DNA of 64,000 nt from an uncultured Candidatus Saccharibacteria bacterium (GCA_964429815.1 CAYSCM010000001.1:384001-448000), one strand, 5' to 3'. Counted from the stretch's first letter, positions 37,086-47,619 are shown. Numbers and translations are program-made. The notes: generated by a model not told the origin, from the sequence alone.

Positions 37086-39554
37086 ATGGCTGACGATAAA
37101 AAAACGAACTACGAGCACCAAAGCATCCTTCCGCGCAGCATCAGCGCGGAGATGAAAGAAGCGTACCTCGACTACGCGATGAGCGTTATTACGAGTCGCG
37201 CACTCCCTGATGCACGTGACGGCTTAAAGCCGGTGCACCGCCGCATTCTCTACACGATGCATCGACTCGGACTCGCCTCGACCGCGAAGGCACGCAAATC
37301 AGCGACCGTCGTCGGCGATGTGCTCGGTAAGTTCCATCCGCATGGCGATGTGGCAGTCTACGATGCGATGGTGAAGATGGCCCAAGATTTCGTCATGCGC
37401 TACCCGCTCATCGTGGGGCAGGGCAACTTCGGTTCGATAGACGGCGACTCCGCCGCAGCCATGCGCTACACCGAGGCAAAAATGTCGCGCATCGCCGTCG
37501 AGCTCCTGCGCGACCTCGACAAAGAAACGGTCGAGTGGCGTCCCAACTACGATGGCACGCTCAAAGAGCCCGTCGTGCTGCCCTCTGCGGTTCCGAACCT
37601 TCTCTTAAACGGCACTCTCGGCATCGCGGTCGGCATGGCAACGAACGTTCCCCCGCACAACCTCGGTGAGGTGATCGATGCGACCATCCACCTCATTGAA
37701 AACGACGAAGCGGGAAATGAAGATCTTCTCCAGTTCGTCAAAGGCCCCGATTTTCCAACCGGCGGCATCGCGTACAACCAAAAAGATATTTCGCACGCCT
37801 ATGCGAGCGGGAAGGGGGGCGTGGTTGTTCGCGGCGAGACGGAAATTTCTGAAGATAAGAAAGGGCAGTTCCGCATCGTCATTTCCTCCATCCCGTACCG
37901 CGTTAATAAAAGTGATCTCATTGTAAAGGTTGCCGATCTGGTGCGCGAGAAGAAGCTCGAAGGCATCCGCGACATCCGCGACGAATCGACCAAGGACATC
38001 CACATCGTCGTTGAACTGAAGCAGGGTGCTCAGCCGCAGAAGGTACTCAACTATCTCTTCAAGCACACGCCGCTTGAGGAAACCTTCCACTACAACATGC
38101 TCGCACTTGTCGACGGCGTACCGCAGACGCTCTCGCTCAAGGGCATTCTCGAGGAATTTATCAAGCATCGTCGCGAGGTGGTAAAGCGCCGCACGGAGTT
38201 TGACCTCAAGGTCGCCGAGGATCGCGAACATATTTTGCTCGGTCTTTCCAAGGCGCTTGATCATATCGATGCCATCATAAAGATCATAAAGGCGGCTAAA
38301 GACGTGCCGACCGCTAAGGTGGATTTGATGAAGAAGTTTAAGTTTTCTGATCGCCAGGCGGATGCGATCTTGGAAATGCGACTTTCAAGGCTTGCGGGGC
38401 TTGAGCGCAAAAAGATCGAGGATGAACTCACCGAGGTACAAGCGCTCATCAAAAAGCTCAAAGATATTCTCTCGAGCCCGAAGAAAATCCTTGCCGTCGT
38501 CAAAGAGGAGCTCGTCGCGATTCGAGAAAAGTACGCGGACGACCGAAGGACGAAAGTCGTGAAGGGCGGCGTGAAAGAGATATCCGATGAGGATCTCATT
38601 CCGGATGAGGAGAGTGTGCTCGTTCTCACCGCTGGCGGCTACGTGAAGCGCACCAACCCTTCTGAGTACCGCAAACAGAAGCGCGGCGGTGTCGGCGTCG
38701 TCGACCTCGATACGAAAGAAGAAGATTTTGTCACGACCTTCCTCACCACCTCGACCCATGCGGACCTTCTCTTCTTCACCGACCGCGGCAAAGCCTACCA
38801 AATAAAAATGTACGACATTGCGGAGGGGCGCCGCGCGACGAAGGGGAAGTCCATCATGAACTACCTGCCGCTCAGCGACGGTGAAAAGGTCTCGTCCATC
38901 CTCGCGATGCCAAAATCAGCAAAGAAAGCCGAGGGACTCGCACTTCTCATGGTCACCAAAAACGGTGTCGCGAAAAAGGTGAAGGCCCAGAGCTTCTACG
39001 ACGTGCGCCGCTCAGGCCTCATCGCCATTACCCTTAAAGAAAAGGGTGATGAACTCATTTCCGCAAACTTTGTCGAGAAGGGGGACCATGTGATCGTCGC
39101 CACCAGCAAGGGCCAATCCATCCGCTTTAAGGAAAGCGATATTCGCGAAATGGGGCGCACCGCCGCAGGAGTGCGCGCTATGAAACTTGGGAAGAAGGGA
39201 GACGCGGTTGTCGCTGCAGAAATCATCAAAAAAGGTGACAACACCGCGGAGCTCCTCGTGCTTAGTAAAAAAGGCTACGGTAAAAAAACCAAAGCGAGCG
39301 AATACAAAGTACAGCACCGTGGCGGCTCGGGCATTAAGACTTCGAAAGTCACGGACAAAACAGGAGAAATTATTGCCTCGCGCATCGTGACCCCGGAAGA
39401 TGTCGCGGAGGGTGAGCTTGTCGTCATTTCTAAGAAGAGCCAGGTTATCCGCACCGACCTCAAGGCCGTGCCGACACTCTCTCGCGCAACGCAGGGGGTG
39501 CGTATTATGAAGCTTCGCGAGGGAGACGCGATCGCAAGCTTCGTCTGTCTGTAG
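37086..39554 (+). CDS. gyrA: DNA gyrase subunit A
   Basis: MADDKK..., [26 protein letters not shown] (active-site Tyr region), C-terminal beta-pinwheel repeats. Confidence 0.9.
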   Translation: MADDKKTNYEHQSILPRSISAEMKEAYLDYAMSVITSRALPDARDGLKPVHRRILYTMHRLGLASTAKARKSATVVGDVLGKFHPHGDVAVYDAMVKMAQDFVMRYPLIVGQGNFGSIDGDSAAAMRYTEAKMSRIAVELLRDLDKETVEWRPNYDGTLKEPVVLPSAVPNLLLNGTLGIAVGMATNVPPHNLGEVIDATIHLIENDEAGNEDLLQFVKGPDFPTGGIAYNQKDISHAYASGKGGVVVRGETEISEDKKGQFRIVISSIPYRVNKSDLIVKVADLVREKKLEGIRDIRDESTKDIHIVVELKQGAQPQKVLNYLFKHTPLEETFHYNMLALVDGVPQTLSLKGILEEFIKHRREVVKRRTEFDLKVAEDREHILLGLSKALDHIDAIIKIIKAAKDVPTAKVDLMKKFKFSDRQADAILEMRLSRLAGLERKKIEDELTEVQALIKKLKDILSSPKKILAVVKEELVAIREKYADDRRTKVVKGGVKEISDEDLIPDEESVLVLTAGGYVKRTNPSEYRKQKRGGVGVVDLDTKEEDFVTTFLTTSTHADLLFFTDRGKAYQIKMYDIAEGRRATKGKSIMNYLPLSDGEKVSSILAMPKSAKKAEGLALLMVTKNGVAKKVKAQSFYDVRRSGLIAITLKEKGDELISANFVEKGDHVIVATSKGQSIRFKESDIREMGRTAAGVRAMKLGKKGDAVVAAEIIKKGDNTAELLVLSKKGYGKKTKASEYKVQHRGGSGIKTSKVTDKTGEIIASRIVTPEDVAEGELVVISKKSQVIRTDLKAVPTLSRATQGVRIMKLREGDAIASFVCL

Positions 39555-39602
39555 TGGATTAAGAAAGAACACTCCCTCCTACTCGCGCTATACTAATTCT
39601 GT

Positions 39603-40130
39603 ATGGCCTTTTTAGAACCGAAGAAGGCGGTGAAGTTCTTTGGTGTTAACGAAGGCATGAAGGTTGCCGATTTTGGTGCGGGTATCGGCGCATTTGCGCT
39701 CGCGGCCGCCGAAGCGGTCGGGGGAAGCGGCATTGTCTTCGCCATCGACCTCCAGAAAGAACTCCTCGCAGGGCTCAAGAAAGAGGCTCGACGCAGAAAA
39801 CTCAACCTCGAAGTGCTCTGGGGCGACCTTGAGAAAGAAGGCGGAAGTCATATCAAAGATGATCTTCTCGACCTCGTCATTGCGACCAATATTCTTTTCC
39901 AGCTCTCCGAGCGACCGGCGTTTTTGCGCGAGGGGAAGCGTATTCTCCACCCCAAGGGCCGTCTCATTCTCATCGACTGGAGCGATTCTTTCGGAGGACT
40001 GGGGCCGCGGCCGGAGGATGTTGTCACCGATACCCACGCCCGCAAGCTCGCCGAGGAAGCGGGCTTCGTTTACGATAAAGATATTCCTGCGGGGGACCAC
40101 CACTGGGGAGCTATTTTTAGAAAACCATGA
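39603..40130 (+). CDS. Class I SAM-dependent methyltransferase
   Basis: Motif I VADFGAGIGAF and post-I acidic FAIDL. Confidence 0.65.
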   Translation: MAFLEPKKAVKFFGVNEGMKVADFGAGIGAFALAAAEAVGGSGIVFAIDLQKELLAGLKKEARRRKLNLEVLWGDLEKEGGSHIKDDLLDLVIATNILFQLSERPAFLREGKRILHPKGRLILIDWSDSFGGLGPRPEDVVTDTHARKLAEEAGFVYDKDIPAGDHHWGAIFRKP

Positions 40131-40256
40131 ATCCCGTAGTAGAATTTTTGCTTGCGCGAAGCGCGATACGAAACCTCAAACCATGAGCGGCACGATCATC
40201 AGCTTCTCGTTACGAAATGCTATTTTTAGTTTATCTAGCCGAAATCTCACCACAGG

Positions 40257-41552
40257 ATGAAGACCTTTCAAACCGCCATTTTGCTTATTTTTGGGGCGCT
40301 CGCGCTCATCGGGGTGCTTGTCTTTGCGACCGTGAGCAACCAGAGCTCCGGCGGTATCGGAGCGGTTGCCGTTTGGGGGACGCTCCCGAAGGATTCCGTC
40401 GACTCGCTCCTCGCGCAAATAGAGACAAACCGTCATGACTTCGACCAGGTGCGCTACACTTACATCGACCCGGCGCTCTATGAGCAAAAGCTTCTTGAGG
40501 GGTTTGCCTCCGGCACAGGCCCCGATCTTTTCCTCGTACCGCAGGAGTCCCTTCTTGCACAAACGTCCCATATCGCTCCGATAGGTTATTCAACACTCTC
40601 GCAACGGGCGTTCAAGGACCGGTTCGTCCAGGAAGGGGAGCTCTACCTCAAGGACTCCGGCGCCCTGGCGCTTCCTCTTACGATCGACCCGCTAGTTCTC
40701 TATTGGAATCGGGACATGCTGGCGAATGGAGGCATCGCCAAACCGCCAAGCTTTTGGGATGAGCTCGTGACGCTCGCGCCGAAGCTCTCCGTGCGCGACA
40801 GCAAGGGGACCGTAACGCAATCGGCTATTGCACTTGGCGAGTACCGCAATATCACCAACGCAAAAGCCATTCTCTCCGCTCTTTTCATGCAGGCGGGGGA
40901 TTCTATCGTTTCTCGTGATGCGGACGGCAACCCCTACGCGTCGCTCGCGGCGGAAAATTCCTCGCTTACCTCCGCGGGACCCTCGGCGATTCGCTTCTAT
41001 ACGCAGTTCGCGAACCCCATCAACACCATCTATTCCTGGAACCGCGCGCTTCCCGAATCGCAAAAAGCGTTTTTGGCAGGGAGTCTGGCGTTTTATGTGG
41101 GGTTCGCGAGCGAAGCGGCAGGACTCCGCGCCCAAAATCCCAACCTAAACTTTGATGTCGCTCCATTGCCGCAAACGCGCGACATAAAAAATAAGCTCAC
41201 TTACGGCGCGATGCAGGCCATTTCGGTCCCCAAGACGACGCACAACCTCTCCGGCGCCACAGCGGTCGCGCTCGAGCTAGTGTCGGACGCCAACCTCGCA
41301 TATCTCGCCGACAAGCTCGGACTTCCGCCAGTGTCCCGCGCAGATCTTTCCTCACAGCCCCCCAGTGCCGCTCAGCAAGTGTTTTATGCGAGTGCGCTCA
41401 TAGCACGTGGATGGCTCGATCCGGCTCCGGAAAAAACGAATACTATCTTCCAGGATATGATCGAGGGGGTGACGAGCGGGAAGTTTGAAATTTCCGACGC
41501 ACTCTCTCGTGCATCCCTTGCGCTCGATGAGCTTTTACGAGGTAATCAATAG
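40257..41552 (+). CDS. Extracellular solute-binding protein (SBP family 1-like), membrane-anchored
   Basis: N-terminal TM/signal anchor, then a periplasmic-binding-protein-like pattern. Its stop abuts the start of the first pilin-like gene (tagtATG). Confidence 0.6.
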   Translation: MKTFQTAILLIFGALALIGVLVFATVSNQSSGGIGAVAVWGTLPKDSVDSLLAQIETNRHDFDQVRYTYIDPALYEQKLLEGFASGTGPDLFLVPQESLLAQTSHIAPIGYSTLSQRAFKDRFVQEGELYLKDSGALALPLTIDPLVLYWNRDMLANGGIAKPPSFWDELVTLAPKLSVRDSKGTVTQSAIALGEYRNITNAKAILSALFMQAGDSIVSRDADGNPYASLAAENSSLTSAGPSAIRFYTQFANPINTIYSWNRALPESQKAFLAGSLAFYVGFASEAAGLRAQNPNLNFDVAPLPQTRDIKNKLTYGAMQAISVPKTTHNLSGATAVALELVSDANLAYLADKLGLPPVSRADLSSQPPSAAQQVFYASALIARGWLDPAPEKTNTIFQDMIEGVTSGKFEISDALSRASLALDELLRGNQ

Positions 41553-41553
41553 T

Positions 41554-41964
41554 ATGTTTCGCAAAAACCGTATTGCCTTATCCGCTCTTGCACTACTTTT
41601 AGCACCGGCCCTTACACTTGCGCAGCAAGGCAGTTTTTCGGGAAATGGCGTTCAATTTTCATTCCGAAACCCCCTTGGTCCAAATGTGAATGATCTCGGC
41701 ACCTTCCTTAAGCTCCTCCTTAATTTTGTGACTGAGCTAGCGATCCCCATAATTGTCCTCATGCTCATCTACACCGGCTTTAAATTCGTCGCGGCACAGG
41801 GGAATTCAGACAAACTCGCGGAAGCGCGGCGCATACTCTTGTGGACTCTCATCGGCGCGGGCATTATTCTCGGGGCCAACGCGATACTCCTTGCCATTCA
41901 AGGCACGGTGACCCAAATACGGGGGGCAACGGGGCTTGTCGATATCTTCTCGCACCTCACGTAG
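41554..41964 (+). CDS. TrbC/VirB2-like pilin-family protein (paralog 1)
   Basis: Signal peptide MFRKNRIALSALALLLAPALTLA. TM1 (IPIIVLMLIYTGFKFV), loop GNSDKLAEARRIL, TM2 (LWTLIGAGIILGANAILLAI). Confidence 0.55.
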   Translation: MFRKNRIALSALALLLAPALTLAQQGSFSGNGVQFSFRNPLGPNVNDLGTFLKLLLNFVTELAIPIIVLMLIYTGFKFVAAQGNSDKLAEARRILLWTLIGAGIILGANAILLAIQGTVTQIRGATGLVDIFSHLT

Positions 41965-41967
41965 CCC

Positions 41968-42306
41968 ATGAAGCGACCACTTCGAACGCTTGTCCTCACA
42001 CTGCCACTCCTCGCGCCTTCCGTAGCGCTCGCGGCGGCGCGGCCGCAAAATTTCGCCGACTTCGTCCACCACCTCACGAGGCTCCTTAACCTTACGATCC
42101 CCATCGCATTCGCTATCGCACTTCTTGCGTTCTTCTGGGGGCTAGTGAAATTCATATACCTCTCCTCCGAGAGCGATTCGGCCCGTGAAGATGCCAAAAA
42201 CATCATGCTCTACGGAGTGCTCGCGCTTTTCGTCATGCTCTCGGTGTGGGGCTTCGTGCGGATTCTCCAGGAGACTATCTTTGGTACCTCGGGCATTCTT
42301 CCGTAG
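41968..42306 (+). CDS. TrbC/VirB2-like pilin-family protein (paralog 2)
   Basis: Signal peptide, then TM1 IPIAFAIALLAFFWGLVKFIY, loop SESDSAREDAKNIM, TM2 LYGVLALFVMLSVWGFVRIL. Confidence 0.55.
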   Translation: MKRPLRTLVLTLPLLAPSVALAAARPQNFADFVHHLTRLLNLTIPIAFAIALLAFFWGLVKFIYLSSESDSAREDAKNIMLYGVLALFVMLSVWGFVRILQETIFGTSGILP

Positions 42307-42405
42307 AGAGCTTGTCCACATTGACCCTTTTACGCTCCGAGAGCGAGGGCGTACTATAAGCTCGTACAACAATTAGCAAACCTTAGCCCATAAATCGACA
42401 TTTTC

Positions 42406-42759
42406 ATGCGTAAATACGCTTTACTCGCAACCGCCTATCTTCTCCCCGTCGTTGTATTCGCGCAGGGGAGCGGCGTTGAAGGGCTTCTCAACAAGCTCTC
42501 CCGCTGGATAAACATCGCGACCCCGATAGTTTTTGCGCTTGCACTCCTAGCGTTTTTCTGGGGCCTCGCGGTCTATGTTTTTAACACCGGTGATGAAGAA
42601 AAGCGCAAGCAGGGCAAGGACATCATGATCTGGGGCGTCATCGCGCTTTTCGTCATGGTCTCGGTCTTCGGCATCGTGCGCATTATTCGCGAGACTTTCG
42701 GCATTAGCGCCAACGAAACCGCTCATATCCCGACCGTTCAAGGGACGAACGCTCAATAG
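42406..42759 (+). CDS. TrbC/VirB2-like pilin-family protein (paralog 3)
   Basis: Signal peptide MRKYALLATAYLLPVVVFAQG. TM1 PIVFALALLAFFWGLAVYVF, loop GDEEKRKQGKDIM, TM2 IWGVIALFVMVSVFGIVRII. Confidence 0.55.
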   Translation: MRKYALLATAYLLPVVVFAQGSGVEGLLNKLSRWINIATPIVFALALLAFFWGLAVYVFNTGDEEKRKQGKDIMIWGVIALFVMVSVFGIVRIIRETFGISANETAHIPTVQGTNAQ

Positions 42760-42768
42760 CGTTGGCCA

Positions 42769-43032
42769 ATGACCGCGGCCACCACTTTCGTCAGGGCGAT
42801 AAACGACTACATCATCAACCCTATCATCGGGCTCCTCTTTGCTGCGGCCATGGTCCTTTTTATCTGGGGCGGCGCGCAAATGATTTTCTACCCTGGCACC
42901 GAAGATAAGCGCGAGGACGGCAAGCGTCACCTCTTTTGGGGCATCATCGGGATGTTCATCATGGTCTCGGTCTACGGACTCCTCAATCTCATCACGAGCA
43001 CATTCGGCCTCCCGCACGTCGTCAGCCACTAA
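42769..43032 (+). CDS. TrbC/VirB2-like pilin-family protein (paralog 4, no obvious cleavable leader)
   Basis: TM1 IIGLLFAAAMVLFIWGGAQMIF, loop GTEDKREDGKRHLF, TM2 WGIIGMFIMVSVYGLLNLI. Confidence 0.5.
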   Translation: MTAATTFVRAINDYIINPIIGLLFAAAMVLFIWGGAQMIFYPGTEDKREDGKRHLFWGIIGMFIMVSVYGLLNLITSTFGLPHVVSH

Positions 43033-43080
43033 AAGAAAACGGGCCGCACTTGCGTGCGACCCGTTGGTCGTAAAGAACAG

Positions 43081-44109
43081 TTAGAGCTTGTTGTACCAAT
43101 ACTTGAGTGGAACCGGTTCACCCACGATCGAGCGGAACCGAATGCACTTAGTGGGCTTCATTCCTTCGTTGAAGAAGCCCTGATACACCTTGATGGTACC
43201 GTCGTGGAAGTATGCTGCGGCGACTATCTTCAAAATGCCCGGATTCTCCGTCCGGTACATCAAGTTGTAGCCGTCAGGAATGGGCACGCAGCGTGACCAC
43301 TCGGTCGGTACCAGGAAGGTTGAACCTTCAGCCGTAAAGGCAGGGTGGACACGTGGTTGGACCCGCGTTGGTGCCGCCTTGGCCTCCTGGAAGTAGTGGG
43401 GGAACATCTTCGGTGCGGTGTAGATCGCAATTGCGATTGCGAGCAGTGCCGCGAATCCGCCGGCGAAATAGTGACCGACTTCCTGCTTCGTCTTTCCCTT
43501 GCGCGACCCGAGGATGACCACCAACGCAACGGCCGCCACGAATGCGTAGTAAAACGCGAGGTAGGGCTTGAAGTTGTTGATCCACCAGAATTTAAGCTCG
43601 GGGTCGCCCTTCCAGTAGGCAAAAAAGTAGAGGATCGCTGGGATGAAGATCCCCATGAAGGCGATCCATACCATTGTGCCACCCGTGAGGTTGCCCTTAA
43701 TGAACTTGCCGATCTTCGGCAGGGTCCAAAGAAGGATGAACGCAACAAACAGGATGATGCCCGCTTGCATCAGGAAGTCGACGAGTGGCTCACCGGTGAG
43801 GGTGAGTAGGTCGAGCTCCTCCATAGTGTTGTACGTCCAGAGCGAAAGCACGGGGTAGTAGGCGTAGACGAGCAGGCCCACGATCGTCGCAAAGATGATC
43901 GCGAGGATTACGATGCGACGCCGTTGCTTTTTCGGCGCAGTGGTTGTGGTTTGGGTCGTCGTGGTCTGCTGAGCCTGCTGCGATTGTGCGGGCGGTTGAG
44001 CGGAAGCTTGCGCTTGCCCACCCTTGACGGTAGCGATGGTGCCCGAGGCGACCGCCCCGGTCATTTTCATTGCCGCCGTGCTCGCTGAGTAGCGTTGTAC
44101 GGCCATCAC
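43081..44109 (-). CDS. Polytopic membrane protein co-transcribed with the SPFH protein (possible NfeD-like partner)
   Basis: 342 aa. Gln/Thr-rich N-terminus, then at least 5 TM helices, and a C-terminal soluble beta-rich domain. Overlaps the SPFH gene by 4 nt. Confidence 0.4.
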   Translation of the reverse strand: MMAVQRYSASTAAMKMTGAVASGTIATVKGGQAQASAQPPAQSQQAQQTTTTQTTTTAPKKQRRRIVILAIIFATIVGLLVYAYYPVLSLWTYNTMEELDLLTLTGEPLVDFLMQAGIILFVAFILLWTLPKIGKFIKGNLTGGTMVWIAFMGIFIPAILYFFAYWKGDPELKFWWINNFKPYLAFYYAFVAAVALVVILGSRKGKTKQEVGHYFAGGFAALLAIAIAIYTAPKMFPHYFQEAKAAPTRVQPRVHPAFTAEGSTFLVPTEWSRCVPIPDGYNLMYRTENPGILKIVAAAYFHDGTIKVYQGFFNEGMKPTKCIRFRSIVGEPVPLKYWYNKL

Positions 44110-45299
44110 TTATCTCCTTCTTTTGGCTTGAGACCTTGGGGGACGGCTTTGATCACCGCCCCGAGCGTGGCCGCGGGGGATGCGAGACCGTCGGCGCCGA
44201 CGGCGATGAAGGTATCGACTTCCTTAGCCACTTGGACTGCAGTGTCGCGTGCGAAGATGAGTTCGAGCGCACGCGGCTTGTCGCCGCCTTGCGCCGCGAG
44301 CTTTTCGATCGCTTGTGCGTCTCCTTCCGCCTCGTACGAGGTAGCATCTCCCTTCGCCCGACCAGCAATACGGGTGGCCTCACCCTCGGCAAGCGCCTGA
44401 GCGGGCTTCTGTATCGACGTATTGAGCGCGTGAGAGAAATTGAAGAGCTTGATGTTGGCGGTATCGACTTCGACGCCGCCCTTGCCAAGTTTCTCTTCAA
44501 TGAGTGTTCGCAGGTCTACGTTGATAGTCGACGTGCCCCGAAGGGCCTCGGCTGCCGTCCTCGACGGAAGTGTTTCGCTCAGCCCCGTCACGATTGTGTC
44601 TTCAGCTTGCTTCATGGCGGCCGCAAGGTCGCCATTGTACAGGACGAAGAACTCTCGCAAATTTCCTTTTTCGGGTCTGATCTTAAGGATCGCAGCGACC
44701 TCCGCAGTGATGCGGCGGTCGAGCGGATCCTGACCATCCTTGCCGGCGAACGTGATACGCACCGGCGGGTAGTACCCCTCAGCGACGGTGTCTTTGTCGC
44801 CACGATCAACGAGTTCCGGCTCGCTCGGGATCTCTTTTTGCAGCAGCTCGAGATCGGTGATCCGGAGCATGCTGAGAAAGAGGGGAGCATAAACGGGCCC
44901 GTTGGGAAGTTCGCAAACGACCCAGCCGAAGATGCTGAGCACTGCTCCTTCGTTGATATCTACCTCCTCGAAGCTCTTCCACGTGTAGAGTGTGAAGAGC
45001 ACAAGAAGGATCGGGATCACGGGAATGTTGAGCTGGCCGAGCTTGATTGAACTTGCCCCGAGGTTGGAGTAAACGACCAGCAAGGCAAAACTAAGAAGGA
45101 GGATGTTGGCGAAGAGTGCAGCAAGGTGCCAGACGAACCAATTTCTGGTCAAGCGCCCCATCACCGAAGCCTTGTGCCGTTCCTCGTCGGAACCGCCTGA
45201 GGCGGGACCTGCAGGGGGCGTTGGTGGGGTGGGAGGGGCTGGAGGTGTTGGAGTCCCAGCGCCGTTTGGCGGCTGGGTTGGCGTTGCTGTCTGTTGCAT
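44106..45299 (-). CDS. SPFH/Band-7 (stomatin/prohibitin-like) domain protein
   Basis: Pro-rich N-terminus, then a TM, then a band-7-like core and a long Ala/Glu-rich coiled-coil tail. Confidence 0.55.
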   Translation of the reverse strand: MQQTATPTQPPNGAGTPTPPAPPTPPTPPAGPASGGSDEERHKASVMGRLTRNWFVWHLAALFANILLLSFALLVVYSNLGASSIKLGQLNIPVIPILLVLFTLYTWKSFEEVDINEGAVLSIFGWVVCELPNGPVYAPLFLSMLRITDLELLQKEIPSEPELVDRGDKDTVAEGYYPPVRITFAGKDGQDPLDRRITAEVAAILKIRPEKGNLREFFVLYNGDLAAAMKQAEDTIVTGLSETLPSRTAAEALRGTSTINVDLRTLIEEKLGKGGVEVDTANIKLFNFSHALNTSIQKPAQALAEGEATRIAGRAKGDATSYEAEGDAQAIEKLAAQGGDKPRALELIFARDTAVQVAKEVDTFIAVGADGLASPAATLGAVIKAVPQGLKPKEGDK

Positions 45300-45434
45300 A
45301 ATGAACCTCTATGCAGTTGTGTGGGAACGGGATACTGCCTGGAATTCAAGCATAAAATTTCAAAAAAGTCAAGGATTGCGCGGCGGAATGGCAAAAAAGC
45401 CCTCAAAATGGGCTTTTTTGCGTAGAGCACAATG

Positions 45435-45516
45435 TGGGCGAGAGAGGACTTGAACCTCCACCCCTTGCGGGACGCGGTCCTAAGCCGCGCGCGTATACCA
45501 ATTCCGCCACTCGCCC
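45435..45516 (-). tRNA. tRNA-Leu (anticodon TAG), class II
   Basis: Reverse complement reads gggcgag-tg-gcggaattggtatacgc-g-cgcgg-ctTAGga-ccgcg, long variable arm, ggagg-ttcaagt-cctct-ctcgccc-a. Confidence 0.8.
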
Positions 45517-45703
45517 GTATGTGTATTCTACATCCTTGCCGTCACGAATAATTTGATTGCCGTCGAAGAGGACTCGGTCCTTACAGGACCAGTACCCCGA
45601 TTGGATAGTTTGCTTCGGCTCCTCGCAAACTATACTCAATCGGGCTTCGAGTCCTGCACGCAAACGCACCGCGTTTGCTCGGGCGGCACTCGCTGCGCTC
45701 GTG

Positions 45704-45776
45704 TCCGCCCAGCAGGACTCGAACCTGCGACCAATTGCTTAAGAGGCAACTGCTCTACCAACTGAGCTATGGGCGG
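45704..45776 (-). tRNA. tRNA-Lys (anticodon CTT)
   Basis: Reverse complement reads ccgccca-ta-gctcagttggtagagc-a-gttgc-ctCTTaa-gcaat-tggtc-gcagg-ttcgagt-cctgc-tgggcgg-a. Close to bacterial tRNA-Lys consensus. Confidence 0.85.
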
Positions 45777-45844
45777 AAAAACAGAAACGATAGTAGCACG
45801 CTCTTCCGTATGAATGAAGCCCCGCATTGCTGCGGGGCTTTAGC

Positions 45845-46187
45845 CTAGGCGGCCATGAGGTTTTCGATGAGGACGACACCATCCCGGTAGCGTGGGTGTG
45901 TGCTTTCGAGTCCCCAGGCATGTACCGGCGTCGAGTTCTGGTTGTCGCTCTTGAGGACGATTTTCTTCCCGGATTCGTCGGTGAGCGTAAGATGCCACTG
46001 GTCGACGATCCAGAACTTGATAAAGTTGATCTTCTGTTCCTTCGCGAACCGAACAAAGGCCTTGGGATCGCGCGAGGTGAATTCGAGGCGATTCTCGTGA
46101 ACGGCTCGATCCTCGTATTCGCCTTCCCAGCGCTGGAAGATAACGACATGCTTCAGCTCCGGTGCACCCACTTCCATATTCGGCATG
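45845..46187 (-). CDS. Hypothetical protein
   Basis: Start moved to MPNMEVGAPEL (113 aa). No motif recognised. Confidence 0.4.
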
Positions 46188-46263
46188 TTAGCCTCCTGTT
46201 TCTTGTTCCTGCCCGACTCTAGCAGGAAGCATTCTTTTTTCAATAGTGCCGGGGGTGGGGGTC

Positions 46264-46339
46264 GGCACATCCGGCTTCCAAAATGCCGAACACGGCGCCT
46301 GCCCGTCCGAAGCTTTAGCGAAGGAGGGAGGCCGCTTCG
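46264..46339. repeat. 76-bp inverted repeat, left copy (partner 47543-47619)
   Basis: cggcacatccggcttccaaaatgccgaacacggcgcctgcccgtccgaagctttagcgaaggagggaggccgcttcg is the reverse complement of 47543-47619, with one mismatch. Confidence 0.85.
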
Positions 46340-46470
46340 TTGACAATATAAAATTTTTCTTTGGCGGACTAATTCGAGAATGCGCGGAGCGTATACAATA
46401 TTGTTCTTTGAAAAAATAAAGAGCGCCCCATCGCTGGAGCGCTCTGTGTCGAGTTGAACGGCGCGAGCCG

Positions 46471-46810
46471 CTACTTGTCGGACTTTTCGGCCCCTTGCAG
46501 CTTGCAGTCGGCGTAGGCCCAGACGTAGCGGGTGCAGGTGAATGCGCCGGGTTTCTGGAGATATGCCGAGATGAACTTCGGCTCCTTGGTCTCGTCCTCC
46601 TTGCCGCCGCAGTCGAGCTTCATCACCACTTTGGTATTGGTGGCATCGTAGGATTTCGCGGTGCAGATCGCGTCACGAGCGACGACGGTATTGCTGACGA
46701 TAGCCGCGTGGACGCCCCACTGAATGCCACCGCTGACGGCGATGACGATGCCGAAGCCGAACAGCTGCTTCCACGTCATGACGAAGTTGCCGACGAATCG
46801 GTTCCTCATG
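46471..46810 (-). CDS. Hypothetical signal-anchored Cys-containing small protein (island cargo)
   Basis: Start at MRNRFVGNFVMTWKQLFGFGIVIAVSG (TM/signal). 4 Cys in the mature part. Its own terminator lies at about 46426-46455. Confidence 0.45.
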
Positions 46811-47310
46811 ACACCGCTCCCTGTGCTTGGTGGTTGAAGGTGATGATCGGGCAGACCTTCTGCTTGGCCGCCACGATGTATTGCCACACGACCTGCCAGA
46901 AGCCGGGACCCGTCGGCGCCGGAGCGGCGACCTTGGGCGGTTCCTTCTTCTTTTCAGGCTTGGGCGCGGGAGAAGGTTGCCGCCCCCACTCCTTCAGCCG
47001 TCGGAACAGCGCCTTCAGACCGATGATAACGCCGACGACGATTGCGAGTGCGCCGACGACATACGCATAGCCGGTGCCGCCCCAGAAGTAGATGGGTAGC
47101 GCCGTCAGTGCGGCGACACCCGAGCCGTACACCACTGCGTTGAGCAGCAGCACGAGCGGGCACCAGACCAGCATAACGCGCAGGAAATGGCACAAGTTTG
47201 TGCCGTCCCGATAGTGCCACGAGTCGTCGCCGCGGTCCTTGAACTCGTCCCAGACCGTCAAAGACCAGAAGAACCAACGGACGTACCACTGGCGTTTGTC
47301 CAACTCCATG
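46806..47310 (-). CDS. Hypothetical membrane protein (island cargo)
   Basis: Start at MELDKRQWY. 2-3 TM helices. Lys/Pro-rich tail (PSPAPKPEKKKEPPKVAAPAPTGP). Confidence 0.45.
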
Positions 47311-47542
47311 ATGTTTCTCCCCTTGAAAATTGGCCAAAACAAGCCAAGGATTGTGTACCACTTCCAAGCATCAGTGTCAAGTTGTGGCGAACTGTCGCAC
47401 CGAAAGAGTGTTTAGTAGCTAATCGTTCTGTATGCCAAAAAGTTTTCTTTTTCCTGACATAGATTCAGAGCGGGCTTCGCCCGCACCGAGTGAGAATGGT
47501 TTGCACCGATGTTTTTCTCCGGGCTCTTTTGCGGTTTTCGAG

Positions 47543-47619
47543 CGAAGCGGCCTCCCTCCTTCGCTAAAGCTTCGGACGGGCAGGCGCCGCGTTCGGCATT
47601 TTGGAAGCCGGATGTGCCG
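47543..47619. repeat. 76-bp inverted repeat, right copy
   Basis: Reverse complement of 46264-46339. Confidence 0.85.

Noticed and set aside
41554-43032. Type IV (class III signal peptide) pilins or Flp pilins as the identity of the small paralogs
   Set aside because: There is no G/FTLIE prepilin-peptidase site and no Flp G/XXXXEY motif. The mature proteins have two hydrophobic helices rather than one. A Sec-type leader plus two-TM layout fits TrbC/VirB2-like pilins better.
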